A stretch of 60,651 bases of DNA, counting the filler, from Jimgerdemannia flammicorona (lineage: Eukaryota), in NCBI GenBank assembly GCA_003990765.1. It is 3 parts of 3 records of this genome, joined end to end, with 100 filler letters (N's around TTAATTAATTAA, not from the genome) between each part and the next. Parts side by side here need not be neighbours in the genome. Positions count along the whole stretch, not along the records: positions 20,254 to 40,404 come from RBNJ01001748.1; 2 more parts are not named here. One strand, 5' to 3'. Positions 22,266 through 35,505 of the stretch are shown piece by piece. The notes beneath the pieces are model-generated. The model did not search any database, was not told the DNA's origin, and saw nothing but the letters and a program-made list of their open reading frames with translations. Both the position numbers and the translations under genes were made by a program. Each line of letters starts with the position of its first letter. The stretch's first letter is position 1.

Positions 22266-25200
22266 TTAATGACCCGACGACGACGGCGGCCATGCCGGCT
22301 TGAGCGACTTATCAAATTCGCCATAAAACCGATTCGAATCAAGGACACGGTGATCAGATCCACCAATTTGTGCGTGACAGTGTGGACAAGTGGTGACCTC
22401 AGTAGCACCGCCGCATTCGCCTATAATGGTAGCCGACCGATAATGTGTTATTTTGATTGGGTTTCACATTGCTGAAGCACTGTTTACATGAAACCACGAT
22501 AAGGTGTATGAAAGGAAACATACCGATATAGTACGGGTGATTGTTCGGACACACAAACCATCTTCCGCCCACAATATTAAACACGCCATGTTTTGTCTCC
22601 TCATTCATTGCTGATATAATTTCACTTTTTTCTTGCTCTGTTAACCGTTGTCTACTTTCCTCTTGGCGCGCTTTGATCTCGTTGACAAGGGCAACCTCGG
22701 TTTTGATGTATCCGTTGTAACGAAGAGCAGTATAGATAGGCTTCTCGCATGTAGGACATTGCCAGAGTTTGATTGCAGTATGTTCCTCTGCGTTGAAGAG
22801 AATGACGTATACAGAGGTCAGATATAACAGCATGCAAATGTGGAACCGGTTAAAAGAATAAATTATTGAACTCGTACCAGTTTTGACTTGGTTCGCGAAA
22901 TACATGTCTAGATATTCGACCGAGAATACTGCAAAAACATTGCATGTGTACATCACTAACGACATTTTAGCCCAATAGATTTTGCTGGATGTTCCTACGT
23001 ACCACAGCCACACTCTGGCAGCTTGTACATCCGTTCGACTTCATCGAATTCTCCCAGCGTTCTTAACGAGATGCTGCATTGTATTTCGGGACAGCAAGAT
23101 TTGCAAGGCGGACACGGTTCTCCGCAAAGTCCGAAACAAGTGTGACTATACAACGATTTGTGGTTAGCTGTTAATGAATCGGATGTTATCGGTTTGCGCG
23201 CATTCCCCTCTTCCTTCCATGATGTCCAACTTACCCGCAATCAAATCTCTTTTTACACCGTCTATTGCACGGAGGTCGATCGCATTTCTGTTATTGATAC
23301 AATATTAGTGGTAGAAGCCAGAGAAAAGGAAGAGCATGATTGAGGTATATGGGATTGAAAATACTACCTCATAACAGTACCTATTGCACTTATAATGCGG
23401 GCACTGACGGAAGCAATGGCGATGGCAATGAAATCGTGAGTGTACGTATCCGAACATTCATATGTTTACGGCAAAATGAGCATATGCTTACTTCGTAAGG
23501 GCAATCCTGCACACATCGAGTGCAAAATTTCCAGCATTCACGTCCACATTTGTTGCCATGCGAGCACACGTACGCGCATTTTTCCAAGCACCGATCCGTA
23601 TGGTTGTCAGGATTTCCGCACCCTGTCGAGACAAGTGAAATATTGAAGTCAACGTATATTTCAAACAAGAACATTTGATTATGCTCCATCAAAATTGGTT
23701 CTTACCTCTCGAGCACATGTGCCCGCATATCAACCGTTTTGTGCATGGTTGAGTACAATCACTTCGTTTGTGTGTATGTTCTTTCCCACACTATTATTGA
23801 TCCAGAATAAAGCGCGAAAGATAACGGCTGAGAAAATTCCTAAGAACGATAAATCTGCGAATTTGACGACTGTCAGGTCGAGATTACATACCTGATTCAT
23901 GCAAGGATGGCCACAGGGCAACTTCTGCTCGCACTTCTCCGGACAGACAACTAACCTCCCGCATATAGTAAGCACCTCATGCCCACAAGCCAGACTTCTT
24001 GTCTCTTGCGCGGTACATACAAGCCTCGATGTATAGTCTCGATTCTGCTTCTTGAAGCATTCGATATTTTTGACATGTCCACACGGAAGGCGATATTCCA
24101 CGAAATTATGACATTTGGGGCTCTCCAAATTGGACGGCAAAGCATTGCAGCGGCACTTGAATTGATGTTGACAAGGCAATGTCATGGTCACCTCTTCCTC
24201 GCACGGCGGGCATTCATCTCGTTGCTCGCATTCATGGCATTTTTTTGGACATTTATGTGTGCATCTATCGAGACGTGGACGCAGACAATCTCGCTCGCAT
24301 TTGATGAGCGAGTGGTCTTGTTGGTGGCATAACTGTACCGCCAAAAACAATAGAGGGATAAGAGAGAGCGAGCAAATAGAAAATAAATGGGCATACGAAT
24401 ATATTCTCAAAGTCCTATTCAACATGGAAGGGTGGCTTACACATAAACTAGATTCGTACCTTGGGACACACATGGCCGCAGTCCAACAAAGTTTTGCAAG
24501 GTTCCTAATGTATCGATGGAGTTGCCAATTATTGTTCAAGTATTATATGAAATAAAACCGGCTTTCAAGTCATCGTGAATTACCGTGCAACCGCCATCTG
24601 GAATCTCATCAAAATCCTTCGCTGATGTAATCACTCGTCGACGTTCAGGGTGGTTCTGGCAATGCACCTTGATCCGTTCGCTAATCAATTCTGTAAAGGG
24701 AGAATACGTCAACATCAGGCTATTCCTCGCATATCAGAAGCTAACGCGTAGAGAAGTATAAGCACCGAACCTTGTGCAGTAAATGTCTCGATGATTTGAT
24801 CCCATCCTGGCATTCTCTTTAAATTCTGCCCATCCCCGAAGATATACAGTCCATGCTGAGCCCTAGACAAGGGCAAGACGACACGTTGATCTCCTAGTAG
24901 CATGCCATGTTCCTCTGAACAGTTTCCGCTTGCCATCGACACGATCACAATGATGTTCTCTCGACCGCGGTATGCCGATGCAGTTTCAACGACAATAGTA
25001 CCTTTGCCGCCGGCTGAGGGGCTGGAGATCAGCCGAGGATGGAGTGCGTCCACGATGACTTTTTTTTGGCCAATGCATTGTGTGAGAATGGTGATTTCGG
25101 ATGGATCATATCCCTGTTGCCAAAGATAAAACGCGAATCGAGCAACAAGCTGTCCCTCCCAATCACTGATACCGTGAATCCCGTAGGAACCGTCTTTCGT

Positions 25201-28200
25201 TCCCCGTTTGTGCGAGAAGAAGAATGTGTTGGAATCAACGCCAAGAACATTGGGAAACTTGGATGGCGATAGATGTTGCTCAAGCAGCCTATCATAAAAG
25301 GGTGCGACGAGAGAACTGATTGGCAAGCTCATGCGATATTGTTGTTTCAGTTCAACATACTTTCCACCAGACTGAATCCAACGTTTGAGAAGCGACACAT
25401 CGAGCTTGAAGTCGGTGGCGAGAACGCGGTTGTATACTTGAGGGGTATCAGAACAAGTATCGCCAATAAGCACAACGTGTTCTGTCTTCGGTGAGATTAA
25501 GCATGACATGAGCTGCGCTTCCATCATTCTGGCCGAGTCGACAACGCATACACGAGGATCGAGCGTCTGGATTAGTTCTCGATACGTCGTAGCGAACGTC
25601 GCGGTCATTCCAATCACTCTCGCGAACCGGCATCTGGCAATCCAACGATTCTTACGCAGGTCATCCAATTGACTGTAGAGTCGGTAGAGATCATTCAGGG
25701 AGCGACCGATCTGTTCGTCAATGGAATGCAAAGCCTTGTTGGTGAAATCTTGCCGGATCTGTTTACGTCGTGGAAGGGAGAGGGACCACAGATTTGGTGG
25801 CACATTCTTCCATACTATTTCGACCAACTCTTTAGGGATTTTTGGATTCTTTACTCGATCATCGTCCGGATTGCCGGTGAGTCTGATGATCCGCTTACGT
25901 CGCCGTTCATAGTTACTGGGATCGTCACAAAGAATCAGATGTTCGTCCACATAATTCATTGCCGTATCTTGGTTTAATAGACGTAATGTCGCGACATCGG
26001 AGACGGCACATCCGTGGCTCCGCCGTTCATTATCACTATCACCCGACGAATCTATCTGCTCAGACACCGACCTTGCCTTTCGTCTCGCACCAACTCGTCC
26101 AGAAGTGTTACGCGATCTCTTCGGGGGGTAGTCCAGCCACTCCGAGAGACAGCTCTTCAGTAACTCCGCCCTTCCGCGATGACGAGTTGCATCGCCAGTA
26201 TTCAAAAAGGTCCCAAGGTATTGGTGGGGAATCGAGTTGATAAAATATTCGTCCGATTGAGCTTGGATCCTCACCTGCCAGAGGTAGGCGAGCTTCGTCT
26301 GCGCTGCTAACATTTCGGTGATCAGCTGTTGGTGATGCCGTTTTCCGTTATCCTCACGCGATTCGGCAACGGCATGTATCTGACGGTCCCAGAGCAGCAC
26401 GTTGTCGGTGAAGGGTCCGAAACGCACGAAATCAGGAATCGTTGGCAACAACGTGCTCAAAATATCATCCAAACCAGCTGCCGTATCCGCGATGACCAAG
26501 ATGGGCTGATAGAATTGGCCATCCTTCAGAGCTTGGTGAAGCAACTGCACAATCTTCGCCGCCAGGAATGTCTTACCAGTACCCGGCGCGCCAGCCACAA
26601 CCGCCACCCGATTCGCCAAAACATGCCGCACCGCTTCCATCTGAGAAAAAGAAATGTTATAGATTTGTTGGCGATTGTCGCCCAGATACTCCGGCCAAAT
26701 CTCCCCAGGTTCGACCCGAGTACCCTTAAAAGCCGACTTCATGATGCATGAAATGTCTAATTTCCGCTGGAACAGATATTCTGGGACGAGCTTGTCATTT
26801 TGTGGCAATTGTCCCGAGAAATCACGCACAGTCAACAGCGAGGTAAGCAGGGACGGAACGGCAGCCGTGGAATTCTGGAAGTTATTTGCGGCGGATTTCA
26901 ACCATTGCAAAACAGGTTCGAGAGCCACAAAGTTCGGTAGCGATTCGAAGCACTCGTATGAGGCGTTCAGCTCCAGCTGAGTGAATTGTTCTTGTGAAAA
27001 ATGTAGTCCAACTACGCCTTGCTTCTCGTCGCTCGTCTCGTCGTTGTTGTCGATCAGAAGCTCGCGCACAACGGCGAACGTGACACTGTCCCGCTCGTTC
27101 TCCATAAACAAGGCAACCAGAGATCCGTGCTGGAAGTAGGTCTCAAAGTCATCCAACAACCGCGAGACGCGGAACCGAAACCTCACGACCGGTTCAAACC
27201 CGTACCCCAAAGTACTCGAGATCGCGCGAAGCTTCACGAACCACAGCGCGTTTGGACGCGACAAGGTTCTGGCGACTCCTACTCGTGGACGTATTGGCTC
27301 AATGCTGGCAGCGTTGGATTGTCGCAGTGGATCGACGATTTCGGCACGGAGCAGCGAGAAATGGGTGTCTAGGTATACATCAATCCGATCGGCGGGCCAC
27401 GGTACAGTGGCGAGATTGGCGTGCATCTTTTCGTGGGTCGGAGGGTCATTCTGCGAGATTTCATCGAGACTGGGCAGAATCGGCGTGGTATAGATCATGG
27501 ATTGATGCTCCCGGATCCATGTGACATCGCCCCCCCCCCCGTCTACCGGCTTCTTTGTTAGCGGGCGTGCGGTTGGGAGAGACTTCGTGGACTGGCTGAT
27601 GACCGCTGACCTATCTTTAGCCATTTGTACCGTCCTCATCTCCCTAAGTAGCCCCTTTGCTGCCTTTGTTTCTCGAGCATCGAATTTATCCTGAATCTCT
27701 TCCAACTTGTCGTTCAGAACGTCAGTGGGTATCACCTGCGCGCGATCCGGTATCTTCGTGACGAAAAGCCAAAATAGTTTGAGTAGCGGCATGTATTCTT
27801 CGGAACTATTTATACTCGTTTTGAGGTGACGCACCGCGGTTTCCAAAAATTCTGTAAGGTGAGTGGAAAGGGCGTCGAGAACATCGAGCATGGTGGAGTC
27901 TCGGCCTTTCATCATTTGATGCGAGGAGAGAACACTGACAAGCAGAGCGAAGTTTCGATAGCTGACTCGAGAGATTTTTCTGATAAGCTCCCCGGCTGCG
28001 TGCAGTTCCTGCACTTGAGCATTTGGCGACAATCCCTGGAACTTGATAAGGAATCGGGACACCTCGTTGTCGTCTCCAGAATTGATCAGATACGATCCGC
28101 TATCGAGTGCATCGACGGAAGGGTTTGGCGTTGGATACCTTGACAACGGATCGGCAGCACCTCTCTGTGACTGCGACATCGACGTCTCCCTTGACGTGTC

Positions 28201-29358
28201 CGGCGTTCTGGCGTTTAAAGTGGCGGCGAGCGATTCCACATGCTTCGCGTGATATTCCGGCCCTTCTTGATCAATAGGAGGTGCAGATTGTGGCGAAATA
28301 GATGTCTTCGCGCTGCTGATATGCAGGAAGTCGAACGAACGCCGCTCTTCCTTCACCGATCCGTTTTCAGCCTTATCGCAATCGTAGTCTTCTCCCAAGT
28401 CCCATTTAACCATAGCTATTGCTTTCACCTCCTCAAAATCCACCTTCACCCGATCACCTCCTTTTCGTTTGCCCTGCGAGTTGTGGGGTAAGGATTCGTT
28501 CAGTTCAAAGGAGCGTGATGGTGACTCCATGGAACTGGTTCCTATTCTGATGTTTCGGACGTGTGATGTATTGGTTTGGGGGGAAGATTGAGATGCGGTA
28601 ATATCTGCCTTGATCATATGTAAAGGGATTTCATGTTGTGCAAGTTCGGTTCCGTTAATTCGACTGGTTGAATATGGCGACGAAGAGTGCACTCGACCAC
28701 GAGCATGCAATGGTGAATGCTCTTCTACATCATTGTGTTGCGGTAGTGCTTGTAGCTGATTCGATGAAGCTGTTTCTGGCCGTCGTCGATAATCACTTTG
28801 ATCGTGAGCGTTTGGGAGCGCGACAGTCGGCGGGGTGATCCGCGCGGGAGCCTGCATGATAGGCTGAGGGGGAGCCTGCGCGGGAGCCTGCGCGGAAGCC
28901 TGCACGATAGGCTGCGCGAACCATCTCCGCGATTCGTGCGAACTTCGTACTGGGAACTGACCGGTGGAAGAGGGCTCTTCAATTAACTCTGCCTGCTTGC
29001 CAGTACGTGAGGGTAGCGACTGTAATGGTTCCCGGCCCGCGGGCCATTTCGAGTTTTCCCTCGGAACGTCGTTTCCGGTGATAGAGACTCTACCTCGAAT
29101 CGCCTCTTCATTCTCGCCAGTTCTGTTTGAGGATGTCTGTGGCGGCTCCGAACGTTGCACTCTGCCAACTGAATTTCGCTGGGCATCGTTAACGGCACGA
29201 AATACTATGCGGAGTCCGTCTGCATTTGCCGGAACCCCGCTGTTTCGCCGAAACTTTTGTGGAGGGGAGTAAGAGTCAAAAGAGGCCCTCTCTGGAAGGT
29301 TTCGCAACAAGTGGACAATCTCTCGGTGGATATCTCGTTCCTGTGTTTGGGAAGACAT
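22266..29358 (-). CDS. ZNFX1/Hrr1-family SF1 helicase-like protein with NF-X1 zinc fingers, RING-like domain and C-terminal RZ finger (multi-exon; 4.6-kb exon 29358-24771; true start uncertain)
   Basis: GAPGTGKT, VIGMTAT, LIGD, QYRM, LSRA. Then CQNHP...DGGC, LPCGH repeats, CPTC..I..ALRY, and WFVCPNNHPYYIGECGG...CPHCHAQIGG. Stop TAA at 22266-22268. Confidence 0.88.
28842..28917. repeat. Imperfect 12-bp coding tandem repeat (QAPA/QASA units) in the disordered N-terminus of the ZNFX1-like protein
   Basis: Repeated agcctgcgcggg-like units. Confidence 0.7.
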
Positions 29359-29681
29359 GGAATTCCAAAGTTGCAAGCAGGTAAGAACGGAGCAGTATAC
29401 ACACCCAACGCCAATATTACACTGTCATGGTCAGGTGATACAATTTTTTGGAGGTTTGACTGGTATTAATCAACTCCCAAGGTGCAATTGATGATTTTGA
29501 CAATTCATAAATAAACCAAGTTCCAGATCTTGCAAAATATATAATTCTATGAGTGGCCGCCACGAGAAGGTAATCGACACGGCATAAAGATTTTATAATT
29601 CTTGCTGAATTGTATATCCAATGCTGCGCGCTCCCGCACTCACATATACATTCAGTGGTGTATGGTTGATGGTGACGGAAG

Positions 29682-30122
29682 TCAAATCACAAACACCGAC
29701 GGCCCATCTATAACCTGATGCCCTGCCTGCTCAACAATAACCCTCCTCGCCTCTTCCACGTGCGCCTCCTTGATTAGTACATAATCGGTGTCGTAGGTGC
29801 TGACGACGAAGATGGGCACGCCCGCATCGCGCAGTGGATCGGCGACGGTGGTCAGAATCCCCACCAGGGACAGGTCGAGGACGGCTTCAATCTTGAGACA
29901 ACGCCAGCCCGGTTCGACTTTAGTGGCGTCGGTGAGTGGGGGGCCGTGTGTGTAGGCAGCGGGGAGGATGACGGAGAGCTCGTCGGTCGTTTTTGAGATA
30001 GTGTACCAAGGAGATTGGAGAACATCCGCTGGGACGACGGTTGAGCGGGGGAGGCGATGAACGGTGAAAAGGTCGGGATAAAGAACGAGGGTTAGCTTTG
30101 ATTGCTCTTGATGGGATGACAT
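29682..30122 (-). CDS. Small intronless ACT-domain protein (ACT_7/CASTOR-like, 146 aa)
   Basis: TISKTTDELSVI and GWRCLKIEAVLDLSLVGIL...GVPIFVVSTYDTDYVLIK are signature motifs of the family. Confidence 0.88.
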   Translation of the reverse strand: MSSHQEQSKLTLVLYPDLFTVHRLPRSTVVPADVLQSPWYTISKTTDELSVILPAAYTHGPPLTDATKVEPGWRCLKIEAVLDLSLVGILTTVADPLRDAGVPIFVVSTYDTDYVLIKEAHVEEARRVIVEQAGHQVIDGPSVFVI

Positions 30123-30184
30123 GGTCAGAGAAAGTAAGCTAATAGCTTTGAAAACCAATGTACATGTGATCATGGGCATGTGAC

Positions 30185-30665
30185 TATTCTATATTTTATA
30201 TGCTAACTTGAACTTTAAAAAAAAATAATATAATAAGAAAAATACTATTTAAAAATATTTTATTACTTAAATACTGAATTTATATTAAAAGTATATATTA
30301 TTTATAAAATTTAATTTTAAATTTTTTATAAATATATATTTAACTTTATATTTTATTTAAAATAAATGAATAATTAGTTGTTCTAATCTTATTTTATATT
30401 AAAAAAAAAAAAAAAACAACTTTCAAATTAATATTATTAAATAATAAATATAGAGTTTTAATTATAATATTTTATAAAAAATATAGCAGTTTAATAAATT
30501 ATTTAAAAATACTAAATCAATTAAAATTATTGATATACTTTTTACAAATAAATACTTTCTGTAAGTAATATAAATATATTACTCGCTAACCAATATTAGC
30601 AAAAGTATTTACCAGAAATCTTATAAACTATATCTTAAAAATATTAAATATTTAAACCAAATAAC
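30185..30665. repeat. Extremely AT-rich island, probably a hypermutated transposon relic
   Basis: Abrupt switch to almost pure A/T inside a ~50% GC gene region. Internal A-run at 30401-30416. Confidence 0.5.
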
Positions 30666-31075
30666 TGATGCCTTAATGCCTACTGCAATCAATATCACTT
30701 CCCCCACTTTCAGCTTTCGTTAGTGCTATTTCTGGATCCGCATACTTGGCCTACACAGGGGAGGTCATCGAGAAGTATCCGCGTCATGTTCAATGCTCTT
30801 TTGGCGGCGGGCGTCGCCACAAAGCAGTGGTAAGTAAATACTACATCAAGCCATCGTGTTAAAATGTTGACCTTTCCCTTCCATTTGCTGGCTCGGTTGA
30901 CAAATATCAAATGCATATTACCTACTCGAGAGCATTTCCAACGGCAAACCGTGATGTAAAGTTGGTTGTGGTCATACGCTCCGTTTTTTATCGTTGGGAC
31001 ACTGATACATCACGTGAGACCCCGATTTGTTTGTGTAGGGGGGGGGGGTTCCTTGTCCATATCAACTCTCGATCC

Positions 31076-32269
31076 ATGGCCGATAGAAAGAGAAAGCTCG
31101 AGGAACTCGTCGCCAAGCGCAAGGCTCAGAACGAGGCTCCCGCTCCTGAGGAAGAAAAGTGAGTCCAGCAACTTTCGCACGTGATCCACCCCGCGACGCG
31201 TCGTTCACTTCATCCTGCAAAACAAGCTTTTGCTCGTTCCATCTCACGAGTCGCACTTGTATCCGTGATGCAGACCGAAACCCAAACCCAAGCCTGCACC
31301 GTCACCTGCAAAGAAGGAGTCCAGGCCTGCGCCACGTGGTCCGCCCCGGCGCGTGAACGAGGACGAGTACGACAAGGAAGACGGTTTCCTTGCCGACTCT
31401 GATGAGGAAGGTAAGGTTTGCGAGCATCGACAGCGTCGTGAGATATATACGTACAGAATTGGTTCTGGTAGCAATTAGATAAATTTCGCTGGAAGTTCTT
31501 GCGCATACGGATTCTTGAGCTTTTGTACGGGCTGTATCGTTATCTCAATCACGGGTACAGGATTTTAATATGAAGGGTATAAGCGACGATAACAAGGGCT
31601 CGATTTTCACTTTTGAACTGGTCTCCGTATAACTCGTTTCCATATCCTGTTTATATTCCCTGAATACATTTCCCTATATCACAGGCGAAGAAGCTTCCTC
31701 GAACTCTGAGAACTCCGAAAACTTCTCCGACGCCTCGGACGACGGTTCTGACTACAATAGCAAGAAAAAAGGCAAATCCTCCTCGTCCAAGGCGAAATCC
31801 AGGTCGAAAGCTCCTTCCACCTCTAAGAAGTCGGACGCGAAGAGGGACGCGAAGTCTAGAAAGGCACCGCCCAAGAAGAAGAAGAAGAGAGGATCAGATG
31901 ACGACGATGATATCAGTGATGAAGGCTCGGATGTGTCTGGTGAGTTGCGAGAGTATGGTTTGGCCGAGGAATTAATATGTACGGCTTGTGTGTATCAAGA
32001 AAGGGTCTTGAGAGCAACATCTCAGAACGGAGCAGAAATGATAAAAGTCCCGTTTGAAAACACGCCTTCAACCTATCACACATCTTGGCTGATTCGTACA
32101 TCTAACACATTGTATTTACCCGTGCTTCTTCATATATCACCCTCCTCTTTCAGGTGATGACGAGCTCGTCATCGACAAAACGAATATCATTAACAGCGGT
32201 CGCCGTACCCGTGGAAAGAAAATCGATTACACGCAGTTCGGCGCCGATCCCGAAGGCGACGATGATTGA
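31076..32269 (+). CDS. CHZ1: CHZ-domain histone H2A.Z chaperone-like protein; exons 31076-31158, 31274-31410, 31685-31939, 32154-32269
   Basis: Last exon encodes DELVIDKTNIINSGRRTRGKKIDY (CHZ motif). Acidic/basic low-complexity body. GT-AG introns keep frame. Confidence 0.8.
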
Positions 32270-32630
32270 TGGCGTGCGCATAAGAACACGTAGAATGGAC
32301 AGACCTATCATTGGCGGTGGTGGTGGAATATGTGCTTTGTGATAATGCGACAAATAATCGGGTCGTGCAACAGGGCTGTTTGCTCCGTTACGTGTTCTGT
32401 TTTCCATGAGTTGGCTGGCACTAATACTTCTGTGCTATGAGAAGTTGGAAAGTATTTTCTTTCACGATTACATATTTGTTGGTCAAGTACCAACGAGAGG
32501 AATATATTTTGTCTTAATCTTTCTTCATTATAATATTTTGCGTATTCCAATACGTTACTTACTATGCAAGAGTGGTGTGTGCTGAAAGTAAGACAGTCCC
32601 ATCGTTGCCCCTGTCATTCTTGGCTGCACC

Positions 32631-35505
32631 ATGGTCGCTCCAAAGCTGTCGCAGAGACTAGATCCCTTTCACCTTTTCCTTGCTGCCACCGTCTTTGTCA
32701 TATTTCTCGCTGCCTCCTTGCGCTACTTCACCGGTATGCCACGTCAGAAACCTAGGACACTGACAAACACGAATCTCCGCCTGACACATCATTTACACCT
32801 TTGCACAGATGCCCCAGACCGCAACCGTTGCCGGTCTCTCCTAAATGATGGCTGGTGGATCGACTCCAAGTTCAAAAACTGGCAGCCTACAGGCTGCACG
32901 ATGCAGACTTACAATTCTGATGCCGTCGTTAAGTGCCTTGGCAACACTCATGTCCTCTACATCGGCGACTCCGTCATCCGCCAGCAGTTATTCGGCATGG
33001 CCGAGAAGGTCGACGCAAATATCGTCACTAAGGGCGAGAAACATTCAGACCGTGTCTTCACTTCCTCCAGCATTACCTTTGAGTTCTGGTGGGACCCTTT
33101 CCTCAACGCTTCCCATACCATCGACATCCTCAATGGCGTTGCCAAGTTTCGCCCTTCCCTTCTTGTCCTAGGTACGGGATTATGGTACCTGAATTACCTC
33201 GAGGGCTCTGACGGCCTCGCCGCTTGGAAATCGATTATCGATCGTACAGTCCACCAAATCTCCAATCCTACCATTGCCGCCGACATAGCTGCCACCATTG
33301 TCCTTGCACCCGTCGAAACGCCCAAGTACACCCTCCTGAACTCCACCCGACGTTCCCGTCTATCTCCCTCCAACATAGAGGCCATGAACGACTACCTGTT
33401 CCGCTATAAGGACGAGGTGTTCATCCCTTTCGCGTGGAACCGCATGGTCGAACAATCACCCTCGCTCACCGATGACGGATTGCATTTTGCTGATATAATT
33501 GCGACGAAGCAGGCCGATATCTTGCTCAATTTCAAGTGCAACGATCAGTTGCCCAAGCAAGCGCCCATGGGAACAACATGTTGTTACACGTACCCGCAGA
33601 CTAGGTGGTATCAGAACGCAGTTTTCTTGTTCTTTTTGGCGTGGGTACCCTTGGGGATGTATTTTCGATCGACCGGTAGACAATTTTTTTTTTGTTTGTT
33701 TGTTTGTTCGTTTATTTATTTCGCCATCGTAATCTGCAGTATCCGTTGGATATCCACACATGATTGTAATGATATTATCAGACTCTTGTACCCGTCTCCT
33801 TACGCTCTCCACTCCTTTATTCTTTACCCGTCTCATGTCGGAATTACCATACTCGCGTTGCAATTTAGATGACAACCTCTCTGTGTCTGCCAAGCGCTTC
33901 GTCAACCGTATATTCCCCTCTGAACCGGTTCTCGTCGCCCTCTTTACCTTTGGCTTGGGCATCCTGTACATGTTTTACAGCGACCGTACACAAATATTCG
34001 CCAAGGCGCAGAAGCAGTTCAATCCTTGGGAATTCGGACCCATGATGCTGCTGGCCCTTATCATCGGTCTTGCCACACTCAAGCATCCCAAAAAGGACCC
34101 TATCACGAGCGACGGCGGGTTCCTGAACCGCGAGCAGACGGACGAGTGGAAGGGATGGATGCAGCTCGTGATCCTCATCTACCATTACTGGGGCGCGTCT
34201 TCGATCTCAGGGATCTATAACCCGGTCCGCATCCTCGTGGCGGCCTATCTCTTCCAGTCGGGCTACGGTCACTTCTTCTTCTTCTATAAGAAAGGCGATT
34301 TTGGCGTCGCTCGTATTGTGTCGGTCCTCGTTCGCCTCAATTTACTTACCGTCGCTCTCGAGTACGCCACGGGCAACGACTATCTGAGTTACTACTTCAC
34401 CCCCTTGGTCTCCTTCTGGTTCCTCGTCATTTGGGTGACCATGTACGTGGCGAACAAATATAACAAAACGAAGTGGGTTCTTTGCCTCAAGCTTGTCGTG
34501 GCATGCGCTATCACTACCTGGCTGATCCACTACCCTGGCGTTCTGGAGCGTGTCTTTTCAACGCTAGAAATCGTGGCCAACGTGCACTGGAACGCCAAGG
34601 AATGGCGCTTTCGTCTCGCCCTTGACGCCTACATTGTCTACGTCGGCATGATCGTTGCCTACATTTACATCCGTCTCCAGGACCTCAAGATTGGCGACCG
34701 CACCAATTGGCCTTCGATAAAGCGTTATTCGATCTTGGGCGCTATCGTTGTTATGGTTTGGTACTTCTGGTTCGAGCTCACCCGTCAAGACAAATTTGTC
34801 TACAATGCCTACCACCCCTTCATTTCCTGGCTCCCCATTGTGGCGTTCACGTTTCTTCGCAACGCGACTCCAAACATCCGCAACACCACCTCCCGTTTCT
34901 TTGTCTTCTTCGGCGGCTGCTCACTGGAGACTTTTATCGGCCAGTTCCACATGTGGCTTGCCGGCGACACCAAGGACCTGCTCGTGCTCGTCACGCCTGC
35001 GGGCTGGGCGACAGGCCTGGGGTGGTGGGCCAACTTCGTCGTCAGCTCGGCCGTTTTCGTATGGGTGTGTTGGGGCCTCGCGTGGTCGACGGCCGTGATC
35101 TGCGACTGGATCTGCGGGACCGGCGGAAAAAAGAGGGGCGCCGTCGCTCCGGCGCCGTCGGCTCTGACCAATGGCATGACGCATCCACATAGTAACAAGC
35201 ATGCGCCTGGCAATAGCGAGCAAATGATCCCGTTGGTGTCCGGTGCGGAGTTTTCGGCCGCGGTGCCACATCTTCATCATCCTCACGAGATCGTCAGCGA
35301 TGCAGGGGGGAATGGGGCGGCGACGGCGGTGGAAATCGTATCACCGAGGTCGGGGAAGGGTGAGGTCGGAGGAGACGGTGAGGGTGAAGGGGGTGAGGAG
35401 GTACCGAAGGAGGCGGGTTCGTTTGTTGAGCGGGCGTGGGCGGATCAACGGGTTAAGGCGGTAGTTTCGGTGGTGGGGCTAGTAATTTTGAATCGGTTGT
35501 GTTAG
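32631..35505 (+). CDS. CAS1: Cas1p/CASD1-family O-acetyltransferase (SGNH-like luminal domain plus 10-TM acyltransferase); exons 32631-32733, 32809-33675, 33869-35505
   Basis: IGDS, FWWDP, DGLH motifs, then FLNREQTDEWKGWMQ, YLFQSGYGH, EWRFR, SLETFIGQFHMWL. Confidence 0.92.

Noticed and set aside
32036..32084. Intronic C/D snoRNA in CHZ1 intron 3 (ATGATAA...CTGA)
   Set aside because: Imperfect C box, only ~45 nt long, no terminal stem and no recognisable guide.
32734..32808. In-frame read-through in CAS1 exon 1 as coding sequence
   Set aside because: Canonical GTATGC donor, CTGAC branch site and CAG acceptor indicate an ordinary 75-nt intron.
32631..35505. CRISPR Cas1
   Set aside because: Name coincidence only. 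This is the Cas1p/CASD1 O-acetyltransferase, and no repeat-spacer array exists in the window.
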